A stretch of 64,000 nt of DNA from the human T2T-CHM13v2.0 reference genome, Homo sapiens. Under the pieces are notes generated by a model. It did no database searches. It was given only the letters and a program-made list of their open reading frames with translations, and was not told where the DNA came from. Made by a program: the position numbers and the translations under genes. Shown here one piece after another: positions 12,746-26,592 of the stretch. The stretch lies in assembly GCF_009914755.1 (NCBI RefSeq), contig NC_060927.1, one strand, 5' to 3'. Position 1 is the first letter of the stretch. Each line of letters starts with the position of its first letter.

Positions 12746-14444
12746 TATTACAGGAATTCACATTTCATTAACCTATATTCCACTGAACTTGGTGTTGATA
12801 AGCATCTCCTGGTCTACATGGAAATTTTTCCCAGACTTCGTTCAGGGAGAGGAGTGTTCTTCCAAATTACGGTCTCTTTGTGCCTTCAAGTTTGCCATTA
12901 GTTTTATAATCAATAAATATTAGTGGGCTGAGAGCTTAAAATGCAACCACAAAAAATTTCTCTATACCTGTTGGCTCATTTGTAGCTTACATTGAATCAG
13001 CAGGTGTTTGTTAAGATTTATTAGTCTTCTAACAAGTGCTTTTCCAACACTTCATCAGCGACCCTGTGAGTGGAGTACATGTGAAGGTTGTGAGATTTAA
13101 GGCAGGCACTTTGGTTCATGTTGGGCTTTAAGAGATGCAATGTGATACCTGGCTTCAGTTAATGTGTACCAGAAAGGTTGACTGAAGTCAACATTTAGGT
13201 GTTTTGTTCTGGGATGTATTTTTAGGATATTGCTATATTCAAATTGATCTATGAAGCTGATAGACAAGAATATTGTGTTTGTTTTGTATTATCTTGTATA
13301 ACCTGCTTAATTTGCAGTTGTTCTGTCTCTGCTGTGGCTATATTACTATTCTTATAAAACGGATGAGTTATCTAATTGTTTCAGTGTTCTTAACATTTAC
13401 CGTAAAGCAATTTATTACCAAGCGTCTCCTTATGACAGAAATGTTCTGTTTTAGAGTATCGAACATTACCATAGGCACTTAGAATGCCCTGGTTTCTGAG
13501 AGAGCCAGCCAGATGTGGAGGAACTGGCTTCCAAAGGGGCTTAGCAACCTACTGTTTATGTGGTGAGCACTGTCCTAATAAGTTGTGCCACAATAATTAT
13601 ACTGAAGAATTGCCAAATAAGAGAAAAATTAACACCTATCAAATGTGAGATGTATCCATGTGCAGAGTAGTATATACCCTCCTGTCCATGCAGGTAGCAC
13701 CTGGATGGACATGAAACTCCGTCCATGCCTTCAATAGAGTTTTTGAATACCACTATGTTTTCAGCATTGTTAGAGTTACCAAATCATTAAATAGGTGTAT
13801 TATAAAAGTTAATGAAGAAAAATTTGAAGTCAGCAGCTATTGTCAATCCCCTTAAATACCAAACCTCTTTTTATAGCAATCATTTTGTCAGGCCATTTGG
13901 AAGGACAGAAGCATACAGATCATCTTTCAATTCATTTGGTGAAGTGAACATTTAAATAAATCATAAAGTTTTCAGGTTTGAAAGTTTAGTTCCTGTTAAA
14001 ATGCTGGGTGTTGCCTGTCTTTATTATTCACCTAGAGTTTCACTTTTTAGAGAACAAAAGATATATCTTTCTAATAAGGCTATTATATCTTATTGATAGT
14101 AGAAGTGTTTCAATCATGTCTCTTTTTATGAGTTTTTCCCTAATCAGCAAAATTATAGATTTTTTTTTTACTGGCTTTCTGCTATAATAGAATATTTTAT
14201 ACATTGGAGTTTATTATGTGCCTCTGAAAAAATATTTTAGAACTTTTACTTTCGAATACTTATAAAGATCTTGATTCTTACCTCTAGATTGTCAGCTCCA
14301 AAATGCTCACTATTGATTCCTGATATTAATATGGGTAGGCAGAAACTTAAGGGTTTCCTTATAGGAGACAGATCTAAATGGATCACTTAAAAAATATGTT
14401 TTTGTTTTGTTTTGTTTTTGTTTGTTTGTTTGTTTTTGACTGTA

Positions 14445-14650
14445 GGGTGATCTCTTAGAAACATGGGCTGTGGAGTCAGATAGACTCAAGACTAAACTAA
14501 CTCAGCTGTTTACCGTAACTGGGATGTGGTAAAGTTACTTAGCTTTATGTGAAATGGGGCAAATACCTGCCATGTAAAGTTGTTAGAGGATTAAAGGTAC
14601 TAGAGGGTATAATGTCAACCCAGCATATGGCAGGCACTATTAAGGAAATG
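14445..14650 (+). mobile_element. MIR
   Basis: GGGCTGTGGAGTCAGATAGAC..AAGTTACTTA..GTTGTTAGAGGATTAAA. Confidence 0.65.
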
Positions 14651-15236
14651 TGTTCTTAAAATAGGCAGCAAGTAAAAAATGATCTATAACTTTTTTTGCT
14701 TCTTAACTGGTCCTTGAAATTTAATTTCATGTTTATTGCTATCTCTATTCACAGCAAGAGAAATGTCCGGCTTCAAACTGTACATTTTTACTATGTTGGG
14801 AAAATCTTTATTGAATACAAGATGGACTTGCTTTCCTGACGATTTCATTAGGAAAGAATAAATTAACATTTACTTTTATTGTTGGATTTCTTAAAATATT
14901 TTCTGTACAATTCTAAGTGATAGAAGTTTGATTTTATTTTAATTGTACCTCCCCCAATTTTGCAATTTTAGTAAAGCCCAAACGTATGAAAATACTAGGA
15001 AATAAGTCATTTGTCATTCAGTGGATTATAGTTATTTAAGAATATTATTGCTACCTGCTATTAGTATTAACAAGATTATCAGCCCAAACTATGTCAATTT
15101 TTTAAGCATAAGAACAAATTTATATAGTCTAGATAATTTTCTTCAAAGACTATAATTATTTGAACAAAACAAGGAGATATCGTATGATTCTTAATGAGAA
15201 GTCACTAAGTATGGGAACTTAAAGTATGATAATTAA

Positions 15237-15722
<486 letters not shown>

Positions 15723-16439
15723 TAAGTGCTATTTTTTAAAAATATTACACACTGATAACTATATAAATATTTAAAAAATTTAAATAGCTCATTCAACCAT
15801 GATCTTATTCTGTTATTTAATTCATAAACTTGAAAAGAGATGCAAAATTTTCCTTCATTTCAAGTTAGTGGTTTAACATTTCATAATTGGTCCAAGAGAA
15901 AAAAATATTTTTTCTCTATCTTCAGAAATGTTCTGTGAAAGTATTTATTTTCTAATAATTTTCATGCACATAAGCATAAAAGCCAGTACAGCTTGGTCTT
16001 TGTCCCGTGTATCAATAGCTATTTTGTATTAATTTTGAATATCTCTCAACAATTAATATATCTAAACTTGTTTTCAAGGTATTTTAGTACTATCTATGAA
16101 ATACTTTGGTTCCTTCTAAAAGCTGCTTCTTATTTAGTGTGTATGTGTTAGGTGTTTGTGGTTCTTTTATAGCAATTTTCCCTTTTCCTTGTTGAGTATG
16201 TAAACATCCAAACCATAACCACCATGGATTTTATAGACTTTAATTGTATACTTTTAAAATTATTAATATATATTGAGAAATCTAAACCTTTCCAGACTGC
16301 TTGTGAGAGTTTGTGCTCTGGATCGTTATCCCTCTTTAATCTTTCTCCTGCTCTGTTCTGTTTCTTTTTAGAACCTGAACAACGTATAGTGGTCTCACTG
16401 GAAAAATGTTTTCTTTAAAGATAAATAATGTATTTTCTA

Positions 16440-17815
16440 TTCCTCTGTATAGCTAACAAATATTTACTAATTATCATGTGCAAGGCAGTGCGTTACACAC
16501 TGTCAAGATCAGGATGTGGTAATATAAGGCAATGTCTAGGCACAAAAGAGGGAGATATACAAATAAACTTCAAGTTCTGAGGAAGACCTTAAACCCCACT
16601 TAAGGATATCAGGGAAGACTTCACAAAGAAGAGGAAATAACAGAAGTATGGAAAGGTGAATAGACTACTTGGGCCAGTGGGATGGGATACATGTAAAGTT
16701 ACGGTGGGAAACTTTGGTGTGAAGGCAGAGATGTAAAGAGGGTCTTGAATGTTAAGGTGAGTTTACTTTTTTTTCCCCTCAAAAGGCATATGGGCCACTG
16801 AAAACTTCTGAGCAATGGATATAAATGAGATGGAACAGAAGGAAAAAAAGGTAGACATTGGAAAGACTGGTTTAGGGGGCTTTACTATTATCCTAGGTAA
16901 GAAAACATTCATTCTTCTGTAGTGTGTTGACAGTTGTAAAAGGGGCTATTATGAGAGACATTATGAAGGTTATACTCTGGATCTTGAAATATTTTAGATT
17001 GAAGTATTCCAAGTTACAGAACTAGTCTTTCCCATTTACGGGGCAAAAGTTAATGGATACTCAGTTTTAAGGATTCCTTCAATGACAATTTTCTAAAACA
17101 CTTGATTCCTACTACTATTTAGCCTCTGTTTTGTGTGTTTAGTTATCGTAAATTTAGCTTTCACTGTGTTTCTTGAATATGAAGTCTAGGTATCTGTCAC
17201 CTGAATCAATTTAGAAACTATTAATCTACAGAACTTGACAATAGACTGAACTCATTTTGGGGATGTAGAGGGACAGAGAGGTTAGGAGGCAATGGAGGGT
17301 ATTTAAAAGAAAGTCAAAGATAGGTTTTTAATTTAAGTGTGGGTGTTCACAAGAGTGCTAATATTGCCATCAGAAGTAAGGAGCTACTAGTATTACTGAT
17401 TTGTGGGAGGGGGAGGTGAAGTTTGGGATGGATTGGATTTGAACACACAGGATATCCATGGCATTATATTTAGGATGTAGTTATAAATTTGAGATGAGGT
17501 TTGGTAGAGATTCAGACTGAACATAGGTTTAATAGAAGAGAGAGGTAAGAGCTGAAACTTTGAAAATTGGTGAAAGATAATATGCCTAAAGTGGAATTGT
17601 TGAAAATACCCATTCTTTGTTAAGGGAAGTCTAAAGGAAAGAAATCCAATCAGATCTGTGGTGGGAAAAGCAGAATAGTGCTGTGCAAGATGGGAAGACT
17701 TTCAAGATTGACAGTATTGAAAATTTAGGGATATCTAAATGCCTGAAAAAAGTTCCTTGAGTTAGTAATCCAGGGGTGAATAACCTTTGGAGAAAGCAGT
17801 TTTATAGAGCAGTCA
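16440..17815 (-). mobile_element. L2 fragments
   Basis: AACAAATATTTACT..CAAGGCAGTG 3' end followed by a purine-rich L2-like body; diverged. Confidence 0.55.
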
Positions 17816-18399
17816 AAGAAGTAGCCATGTTGTATAATCTTTCCAATATTCCTTCTTTGAGTGCCAAGTTCTTGATTTTCTTTTTAGCTGAAACTGTGTG
17901 TTGAGTCACTGTCTTCGTTGAGTAATCCATAATGATTTACAAATCCTCTCCCTCGGAGCATAGAACTCATCTTCTATAAATGTAGTTGTAATATTCTTTA
18001 AATATGTTACCTTAGACTATTTTAAATCAAAGCTCATCCAGGTATTAATATCATTTCCTCAAATGCACTGAAGTGATTTTCTTTAAAATGCCATCAGCAA
18101 ACAAATACTTTCAAATGCCTTACTCATAAGTCTTATATTTATTATAATTGGCATTACAGAGGAATGAATAATAAATTTCCTGTCATTGTCGACTCTTCTT
18201 TCACACTTAGTGAAACTTAAAATAAGGCCTACTCTTTTAATAAAGATCCTTTAGAAAGCCCTTTGGAGTATTTGGGCCAACTGCATATGCAGTTCCTAGT
18301 CTTAAGAAACAGATACATAGCCACTTTGGTTTTCATCTTCAGAGAATGGTGGTAAAGATAAACAAGACTTGCCCTAGGTAGTAATGATGATTATGATTA

Positions 18400-18650
18400 A
18401 AAACTACAGCTGTTATTTGTCTTTTGTGTGCTAATTTCTTTGTTTGTGTGTGTGTGTGTGTATTTTTCTTCCTTGTCTTCACAGTGAGCCTTAAATGTAG
18501 GTGTCATTATTCCCATCTTATACAAGAGAGAACTGAGTCTCAGAACATTTAAATAGCTTGTCTGAGCTTCTTGACTTGTTAAAAACAGACCTGAGATTCA
18601 AATCCAGCTCAGTCTTGCTTTCAAAGACTATATTCTTTGCATAGTCTGTG
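18400..18650 (-). mobile_element. MIR with internal (TG)n
   Basis: GTAGGTGTCATTATTCCCAT..AACTGAGTCTCAGA..GATTCAAATCCAG. Confidence 0.65.
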
Positions 18651-18799
18651 CAGTTTTATGATGTATCTGAAATTTGACCTGTAACACCTTTGATGGCAAC
18701 TACTGACCCCAGTTTGGGAATTCAGTGCCTTATTACTTTCCTCCCCTTTTCTACCAACTTGAAAGAATAGATCACTACTTTCCATTTGTTTAAATAAAT

Positions 18800-19425
18800 A
18801 TATTGTCAAATGCCGTTATTAAGTCAGGCATTCTTCTTTATATTTAATAGTATTATATATATTTAATCTTCACATCAGTCTGATGAGAGGTAGGCATATT
18901 TTCCCCCAACATTTTATTATGAAACTCACATACTCTCCACCTAGATTTGGCCGTTAACATTTTATTATATTTATTTTATTACATATCTGTCATCTTTTCA
19001 TCTCTCTATTCCTCATCAATTCAACTTAATTTTTGATGCATCTGAACATATAGATATCACTACAGCTCCCTAAATGCTTCAGCATTTATATTATATAATA
19101 TTTATATTAACTAGAGTTCAATATTTATGTATAATTTTTTGATGTAAGTCTACATTCATTGGTAGCATACATCTTAAAAGTACATTTTCTGAATTTTGAT
19201 AAATGCATACACCTGTGTAACCCAAATACCTATCAAAATATAACCCATTACTTAGTACTGGTAGGTGCTTCTTTTTCTTCTCATTTTTTAGATGGGGAAA
19301 CTGAAGAACAGAGAGGTGAAATTATCTGCCCAAGGTTACGCTGCTAATAAGTGGCAAAGCTGGAATTCAAACTCAGGCTGTCTGGCTGCAGGGTTTGTTC
19401 TCCTAACCACACCACCACACTGCCT
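18800..19425 (-). mobile_element. MIR split by an L1MC-like 3' fragment (~18900-19245)
   Basis: MIR halves ATTTAATCTTCAC..GTAGG and TTTTAGATGGGGAAACTGA..GAATTCAAACTCAGG flank L1MC-type TTTTGATAAATGCATACACCTGTGTAACC. Confidence 0.7.
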
Positions 19426-21019
19426 GTAGATTATCCTCACATGTTTGGGTATCCTTTTACATTCATGTGCATGAATGCACTGTTTATTTTTAACGTAAGT
19501 GTGTAGATACAGAAGTGGTACCCTGGGTTTAGTGAGACTAGAAATGCTGTTCTAGAAATGCATCAGTTCCTAGCAAGAGGTTTATGGCAGGATAAATTAA
19601 GAGGGACGTATAATATGACAGATTCCCTTCGTTGAAGTAGTAGGGTGAATCTCTATGTAATAGCTCTGTCTTAACTGGCATCCTTGATTAATGTTTCCAC
19701 ACATAGCAGTGAAGAGATAGTGAGTTTTCTAATGATGACACTGAGGTTCAGGAAAATCCTCAAGTACCACTTGAGCAATTAACCGTAAATTATGTTCAGT
19801 ATAGCTTTGTATTAAGCATTTTTGCTCTTTTATAATTAGTAGAAAATTGTTCATCTGTGTGTGATATATATAGTATCACTCATCTAGATATCTCAGACTC
19901 TGAAATAATATAATTGACTAATTTGGAATTTATAAGTTAAATTTATAAGGTTTTTAACAAATATATTTGTAATGGAATTATTTGACTTTTCCAAATAAAT
20001 TGCATAAAGATGTAAGGATTGCAACAGTTTATATTAAAATTTTTTTCTGGTTTGCAATACTTGGGTGGCCTGATGAAAAGAAATTCTTCAACTTTAGTCT
20101 CTTTCCTGCATTGTGTTCATACCACTCATATTTTAAAAGTTGACCAGTACTTTTTGTTCACTTCTTAAATGATGAAAAAGAAGCCATCATGTAATTTTTT
20201 TAAATCGTAAGTATTGTGCAAAAAGCATTAAAAAAAAAAAAAAAAAAAAAGCATGTAGCTCACAAAACCTATCCAGTCACTAGAGGGCAGAGCAGTACTG
20301 TACTTTAGACCTTATTTGAAAATTTCTGGTTTAAAAATTGCTGAACATGATGGAAAATATATTGATACACAGTTGAATAGAAATTTCTTTGTGTTCTTAT
20401 TGTCTTATTTTGCTGTAAAATCCAATAACATGCTTATACTTTTATCAAAGGAGCTTTTCTGGCAATTCCATTGAATGTTACTAAAAAGGCATGATTATTT
20501 AGAAGAGTTTAAGTGCCCCTCAAAAGAGAATACTCGTGCATACAAAGAGCAATACATTTTATAATTTCTACCCTATGAAGTACCCTGAAATTGGATTGCA
20601 GTGTAGACTTTAGGTGAGACATTTGAGAGAACAAGTAGTTTTGAGCACCGGTTCTTTACTAGTGCTTAGCTCTAAGAATTCATTGAAATGCAGAACATCA
20701 GTTTATCTTTCCGGTCAGCTGAAATGTGTTGAATCATTAAGACTGAAATTACAAAGTTGTAGAAGCAAATAAACTAATTCTAGCCCTTTTTAAAAATTTT
20801 TGTCAAGTGACTGTTCACTTAATTTCATTTCTGTTCTTAATTTTTTTATCATTCTGATATTTTTATGCAGATTTTTTTATGGTATATCTTAAAAATATCC
20901 TAGTGAGTAGTGTGAGTAATTCAGTGTCCCATAAGATAGAAAAATTTTATCCTTAATTATGTTTATTTGAATTTTATTTTACAAAACCAGTTTGGATTTC
21001 TTTAATATTCTACTAGGGA

Positions 21020-21200
21020 CAATATAGGATACCAGAAAAAGCAGTGGATTTTGGAATCAGAAAATTTGGGGGCCTCGATTATCATTCATTTGCTTGTGTC
21101 TTGGGCAAGTCACATTACCTCTCTGACCTTCATTTTCTAAACTGGGAAAAATACTTCCTTATTTATAGCTGGGTTGTTTGGAGGATTGTGTGTGTAGATG
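21020..21200 (+). mobile_element. MIR
   Basis: TTGGGCAAGTCAC..CCTCTCTGACCTTCATTTTCT..GGTTGTTTGGAGGATT. Confidence 0.65.
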
Positions 21201-22459
21201 TATCTCCAAAGATGAAACCCTGTGAAGATGAATTTTAATAGGTAAAGTTACAAGCTCAGAAAAACCATGGCAATAACTTCAAAATGGTTGACGGTATCAC
21301 AGATTTAGTAACATGAGAGCACCTATTACATGAGTAAATAGAACCAGAAATGTGGTTTCAAAACCAAAACCCAAGTTCAGATTGCCAGCTTCCTCCCTGT
21401 CTGTGATTTCTCTGGCTGCTTAATCTCTCCATTAACTTCTGACTCTTTTGCTCCTCTCAACTCTTTATTTCTGTCCTCTGTTTATTTCCATGTTTCCTCT
21501 CTCTGTGTTTCTCCTGACTGTCTCTGGTCTCTGTGTTTTTCTTGTCCCAGGCACCCTCAGGAAGACCCCAAGCCTCTAGCAGTACCTGGTATCATCTCCA
21601 GCATGTTATAGATGTGGAGGATTCACTGGGATATTGAGAAATACCAGAGGCGAATTGTTCCACTGTAGTAAGTCATTCAGCATTTGTTAAGTGACTGCTG
21701 TTCACGCAGCATAGTTGGTGGTCCTTTTGGGGAAGAAGAATTTGTTAGGACACAGGACAGAAGAAATAAATTTGTAAACTCTTGTCAGTGGTTCTTGCAG
21801 GCTAGACAAACATGCAAATGAAAAAAACAATGACAAATTAAAAAGCTGACAGATAATCATATAAACGAATTGTGTTTTATGTGTGCTGATGGGGCCTAGG
21901 GTTAATGGAGTAGAGAAAGCCAAGTGGTATTAATCAGATTTCCTGCATGAGTTTAAAATTAGGTTTTGAAGTACATTTGGAAGAGAGATGAGGAAAGAGA
22001 GAGTGGAAGTGAGTAATTTCTGTGGGGCTTGGCAAGCCTTTTTGCTTCCCTGTGAGTGAATCCCTGACGGTGGCGGGTAATGAAATGAAAGTGCTAAGTT
22101 TCAGTCTCCCAACAGCTAACTTTACTTCCAGTCTTAGAGAAATTCCAGTTATGAAAAGAAGTACAGCCAAGTTGAGACTTTCCATAAACATAATTGGTAT
22201 CCGCTGCCAGTTTAGAATTTTTAGGGTTTAAGTGTAAATTGTGATTATATGAAGTAATAAAGAAGTACTGTGACATAAAATTGATACAGACCATTAGAAC
22301 ATGGTTCAGGGATGCATTCTGAATAACATAAACTGAAATAGTAAGCTGAAATATAACAAGTCTGGGTTTTTTTTTTTTTTTTTTTGCATTAGAAATTTAT
22401 TTTTGCTGTTGTATTTTTAGACGGTCCTAGCTAGTAGATGCATGCTTTTCACGTTTGGA

Positions 22460-22630
22460 TATCAGAGTTGGATATGGTTTGAATCCCAGCTGTACTAGCT
22501 TTTAAACGTTGGGCAATCTACTTCACAATGCTGAATCTCAATTTCCACATGTGTAAACTAACACCGGAAATATTTACCTCAAAGAGTCCTGAGTACGTGC
22601 TAGGTACTTGCTACTCGCGGATACTTAAAA
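22460..22630 (+). mobile_element. MIR
   Basis: GGTTTGAATCCCAGCT..TTGGGCAA..TCTCAATTTCCACATGTGTAAA. Confidence 0.55.
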
Positions 22631-23049
22631 ATACCTTTAAAATTGTTTGTTAAATAAATATGTTATTTCTGAGAGCTTTTTAAAAGTAAGAATGCTATAT
22701 ATACAAGAATGTTTGTATATACAGAAAATGCTATAGATACAAGAATATTTATTGTGCATGGATATTAATGACCCTTTGTACCTTCTGCTAATAAAACATT
22801 AGAAAACTGTGTTTCACAGTAATAACAGGTATAATGTCACAATACTGAATTAAATATTAGAAATGGTGAATTAGACTCTCTGTATGTCCCTATGGTCTGC
22901 AAGCTGAATATGTGCCTTTAAACAAAAAATTTTATTAACTTGAGAAATAAGTTTGTGGCTATAGTCAGCACCCTATTATGCTACCTTCTCTACCATTGTC
23001 TGTGTTTATAATTCTGCAGTCATATCTTTAGAATCATGATGAATCTAAA

Positions 23050-24100
<1,051 letters not shown>

Positions 24101-26280
24101 ACGAGATTTTTGTTTAATATGTTCACCATATCTTTAGGAATGATACTTTGCATGAATGTGACTATATCCGAGCAGAAGTTTAAAAATGGAAAAGATTTTT
24201 TAGTTTGCCTGTGAACATCATCTTAACAAAAACCCTGATGACCCTCATTTTTTAAAAGTTAGTTTTACTCTTTGTGGAAGCTGCTTTTATTTTTGTTTCC
24301 CAATTGTCACTCATACCTTTTCTCAAACTCATTTAAATCTAGACATCCTGAAATAGCTGGATATGTGTGCTCACTAAATGTTTTGCCTCCAGAAAACCTT
24401 ATCATAAGAATAAATGTTCTCTTGCAATAAATGAAAACTGTCAGCTGTTTCTGACTTCTAAGAAATACAGTTTTTGCAGAGAATGTACATTTCTTTTCTT
24501 TTCCCCCTAATTCTTGTTGAGATAGAGAAAGAGTGACCCACAGAGGACTATTTGCAAGCTGCAGCGCTTTGATCAACCCATCTTTTGTTCTGTATTGCAA
24601 AAGTTCCAAAAGCTTGAGTAAATGACTCAGGTCCCCTTTTCTGTCCTTCGCCCTCTTTTGTTTTTGTTAGCCAATGATTCTTTTGGTATCTGATATTTGT
24701 ACACACTGTTCCAATTTTAATATCAAAAGTTCCTCCTAATCTCGTAATGGGTACTTCGTGTTTTATAATTTTAATTGTCTGATCTCAATATTTTGCGTTT
24801 TGTCAAGCTTGCTGCCACTACTACATGTATCTTCTGCAGTTTCCCAGGAAATATACCAGGATCTATCCTATTTCCTGGTACTTATTCAATGGGTATTTAT
24901 TGAATGTAGAAAGGAAAGATGTAAATACAGTCAGCACTGAAATACCTTTCCCCTGCTGAGCTACAATAATTTCCCTAAAAGCACTAGGCCGAAATCATGA
25001 ATACCTTAAATAGTTTTGCTAGTAAGTAGCTTTATTAAACCATAGCCAGTCATTTCTTCTTGAGCTTTACTCTACTTTTTTTGAAAAATTAGAGTGGTAG
25101 ACCAGTGAACTGTAAGATTCCTTTTGACGCCACAATTTTGTATTCTATCTTCTAATTGAAATGAAAAACGCTTTGTCACTGTCTGAGCACCACTACCAGA
25201 GTCTGAATCTATCTACCTTACTGAGCTTTAGGCCCATAACTGTGTCACAGCAACCTGCCAGTGATTGTCTCTCATAACCAAGCAAGTGGGGGCATACATT
25301 GAACTTCTCTTCCTCTCTTTGTTCTTTAGGGTTGATTTGTTCTAGTATAAAAAATGCCTTTGGCTTCCCGATTTCATTTATCAGGCAACCCAGGCATTGT
25401 TCTATGCTAATGTCTGAGTTCTGCCTTCTTGCTCCTTCTTCTCTTCCCTCAACCCGACAGCCATGCCCAGGGCAACTCGTCCTTACCTTTGTTATTTGCT
25501 ATACAGCATAACCCCATGTCTTTTCTCACACTCTAGTTACCATCTTTGAGTCAGTATTGATTCTTTCTGTTGGGCTTTTCCTTGAAGTCGTTGAGTCTGT
25601 CTGTATCTGGTGCTGAAGGCAAGTTGTTTCTTCCTTTCTATTGTGGTTCCTCTGCTTGGGACACCTCAACTCCAGGTGAATGGTGAGTGACAGCCTGACT
25701 TCTTTCCTTGCACCTTCATGTAGTCTTTCCATTAACTATTGCAGGGAATCGCTAAACCACTTTCAAGGAGTTATTTGACTCCAGATTCTCACGTGACTAA
25801 TATTTCCTAAATGTGTTGCTGGTCCTGGATTCATCTTGTGAGTACTTTTGAACTCTGCACCAGAGGCAAAAGATGCCAGAGATCAGGCTACAATGGGAAG
25901 GGGAACCAACTTCCTTTTAATTCTCTGTAGACTGTAACTAATCACTCCTGAGGGTCCTGGACAGAGAGCTATGTATTTGTTCTTTAACAAAGGTCAGGTA
26001 TAGACTCTTCCTCACCTTTATTCAGCGATACAGAATGTGTACATTTCTGTTGTGCTTAGCCAGTGGACACATTACGCTCCTCATGATGTTAATAGATCTG
26101 GTTTGTGAACATTCCATTTAAGTCTTGCAACTTTTAGCATAAAATGAGAAGGCAGGAGAAAAATTTTACAACTAAAAAACAAGGAAAAGGGGGGAAACTT
26201 CTTTAGTGAAGGATTTATTTTTAATAACACTAACTGAATTCTGAATCAAATTTGGAAGCTTAAAAATTGTGAGTTTTTAA

Positions 26281-26592
<312 letters not shown>

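Noticed and set aside
19770-20230. Processed pseudogene 3'UTR ending at the A21 run
   Set aside because: No recognisable parent and no matching upstream TSD; the repeat directly flanking the A run explains it better.
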